The notes beneath the pieces are model-generated. The model worked only from the letters and a program-made list of their open reading frames with translations, had not been told where the DNA came from and searched no databases. Both the position numbers and the translations under genes were made by a program. From Chiloscyllium plagiosum (lineage: Eukaryota): a stretch of DNA of 64,000 nucleotides. Numbering within the stretch: position 1 is the stretch's first letter; every line of letters begins with the position of its first letter. Below, in pieces: positions 62,807-64,000 of the stretch. The stretch is taken from positions 101,637,463-101,701,462 of the forward strand of contig NC_057718.1 of NCBI RefSeq assembly GCF_004010195.1, in the 5' to 3' direction.

Positions 62807-64000
62807 GGACATGACTCGAAGGATAACAAGACAGGTCGATGTCCGTGAAGGCAGACTGTCCCTCTTTTAGACTTCCAGAAGGTGGATGGTACAATTTTGT
62901 GCTTGCGTTTAGATCGCCATCTTGTTCAGTTTTGTGTATCCAAATTCTGGGATGTATTATGTTTCGTAATTGTAATTATTGAGGGAAATATTTTGGCCTA
63001 ATATTGTGCTTTGAAATGATACTTTTACTGCCTACAACTGGTGTTCCATTGAACAAGAGAAATTGGATCCAATATCATATCAGCTTCTCAACCGAAGGAT
63101 GACCTAACTGTATTTATCCCTGTTACGCCAGGGTATATCACACCTCTGCTCCTTGAGTCAGTGTTTACCTAAAGCTTGACCCTGAAGTTGCCATAGAATC
63201 CAACAGTGACAGATCTAGGCCCCAATCAGTCAGCCATACCTGTCCCATTGCTGTTCAGATGTGTACACAAACTCAATAGCCAATTGTTTGGGATCTCTTC
63301 TCTTTTTAGAGATGGTGGATGAATTAAAAAATGGATTCACTTTGTTAATATTTCCTCCTTTGGCAATCCCTTGATACCACAGTAAGGTTGGTTCCCAGTG
63401 TAGAGACTAAGGAAGAATGAAAATTGAGTTGTGAGATTTGCCAGAGAAGTTGACGGTGGCTTTTCTAATCTGAGAGGGAGACAGCATTGGCAAATACAGG
63501 CCAAACCAGTTGATGGGGTGGTTGTTAAATTGGATCTTATCTCTTTATGTTTTACGTCTCCTTTAGCAATCCTTTAGCTTTTTGCACCATGTTAACTCCC
63601 TCCTGGCACACAGATTAACAAATTTTATTGGTTGTGGCAGTTCCTCACTTATTGGTGCCAATCTCTCTCTCTCTCTCTCTTTTTATTCTTTTTCCTTCTT
63701 TTAATTCATTTACAATACGTGGGCATCACTGTCATGGCCAGCTTGCAATGGAATTCCCTTCCTAAACCTCTCAGCCCCATCTCTTCTCCTTTGAGATGCT
63801 TTTTATAACCTGCTGCTTTGATCAAGGTTTGGTCATACCTCGGCAGGTTTCAAAAATTGACTGGTTGCTCTTCCTGTGAAACATCTTGGGATGTTTTACT
63901 GCATTGTAAGGTTAAAGTCATCATTGTCCCAGAGGACCAATCAGGCTGTTCTCCCAGCTCAGGGTCCTGTCCTGATAACTCCACTGGGAATAGGGCAGTG

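Noticed and set aside
62793..62870. Phase-0 reading KVDNEDMTRRITRQVDVREGRLSLF* as the C-terminus
   Set aside because: The preceding exon ends in phase 1, giving ESGQ*

Overview
Vertebrate genomic DNA, almost certainly from an elasmobranch (shark), judged by the HE1-type V-SINEs, CR1/HER1-type LINEs and Penelope remnants. It is repeat-dense and has two assembly gaps. The window appears to hold the 3' part of one plus-strand protein-coding gene that I cannot name: six small symmetric phase-1 exons plus a probable terminal exon, encoding an acidic, low-complexity tail with an SQ/TQ cluster, and two weaker upstream exons. The introns carry a rearranged CR1 ORF1 fragment, a near-full-length CR1 (esterase ORF1 + APE/RT ORF2), many CR1/L2 3' fragments, several SINE families, a 3.3-kb 25-bp satellite and a perfect 59-bp G-rich minisatellite. 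Two things stand out. The first is a histone H2B pseudogene whose last 12 codons have expanded into a 12-copy 36-bp minisatellite. The second is a set of Penelope-derived short elements carrying minimal hammerhead-ribozyme motifs of at least three sequence families, often as fold-back pairs with a ribozyme on each strand. Repeat boundaries are approximate and read by eye. Exon, ribozyme and tandem-repeat coordinates were counted from the sequence.
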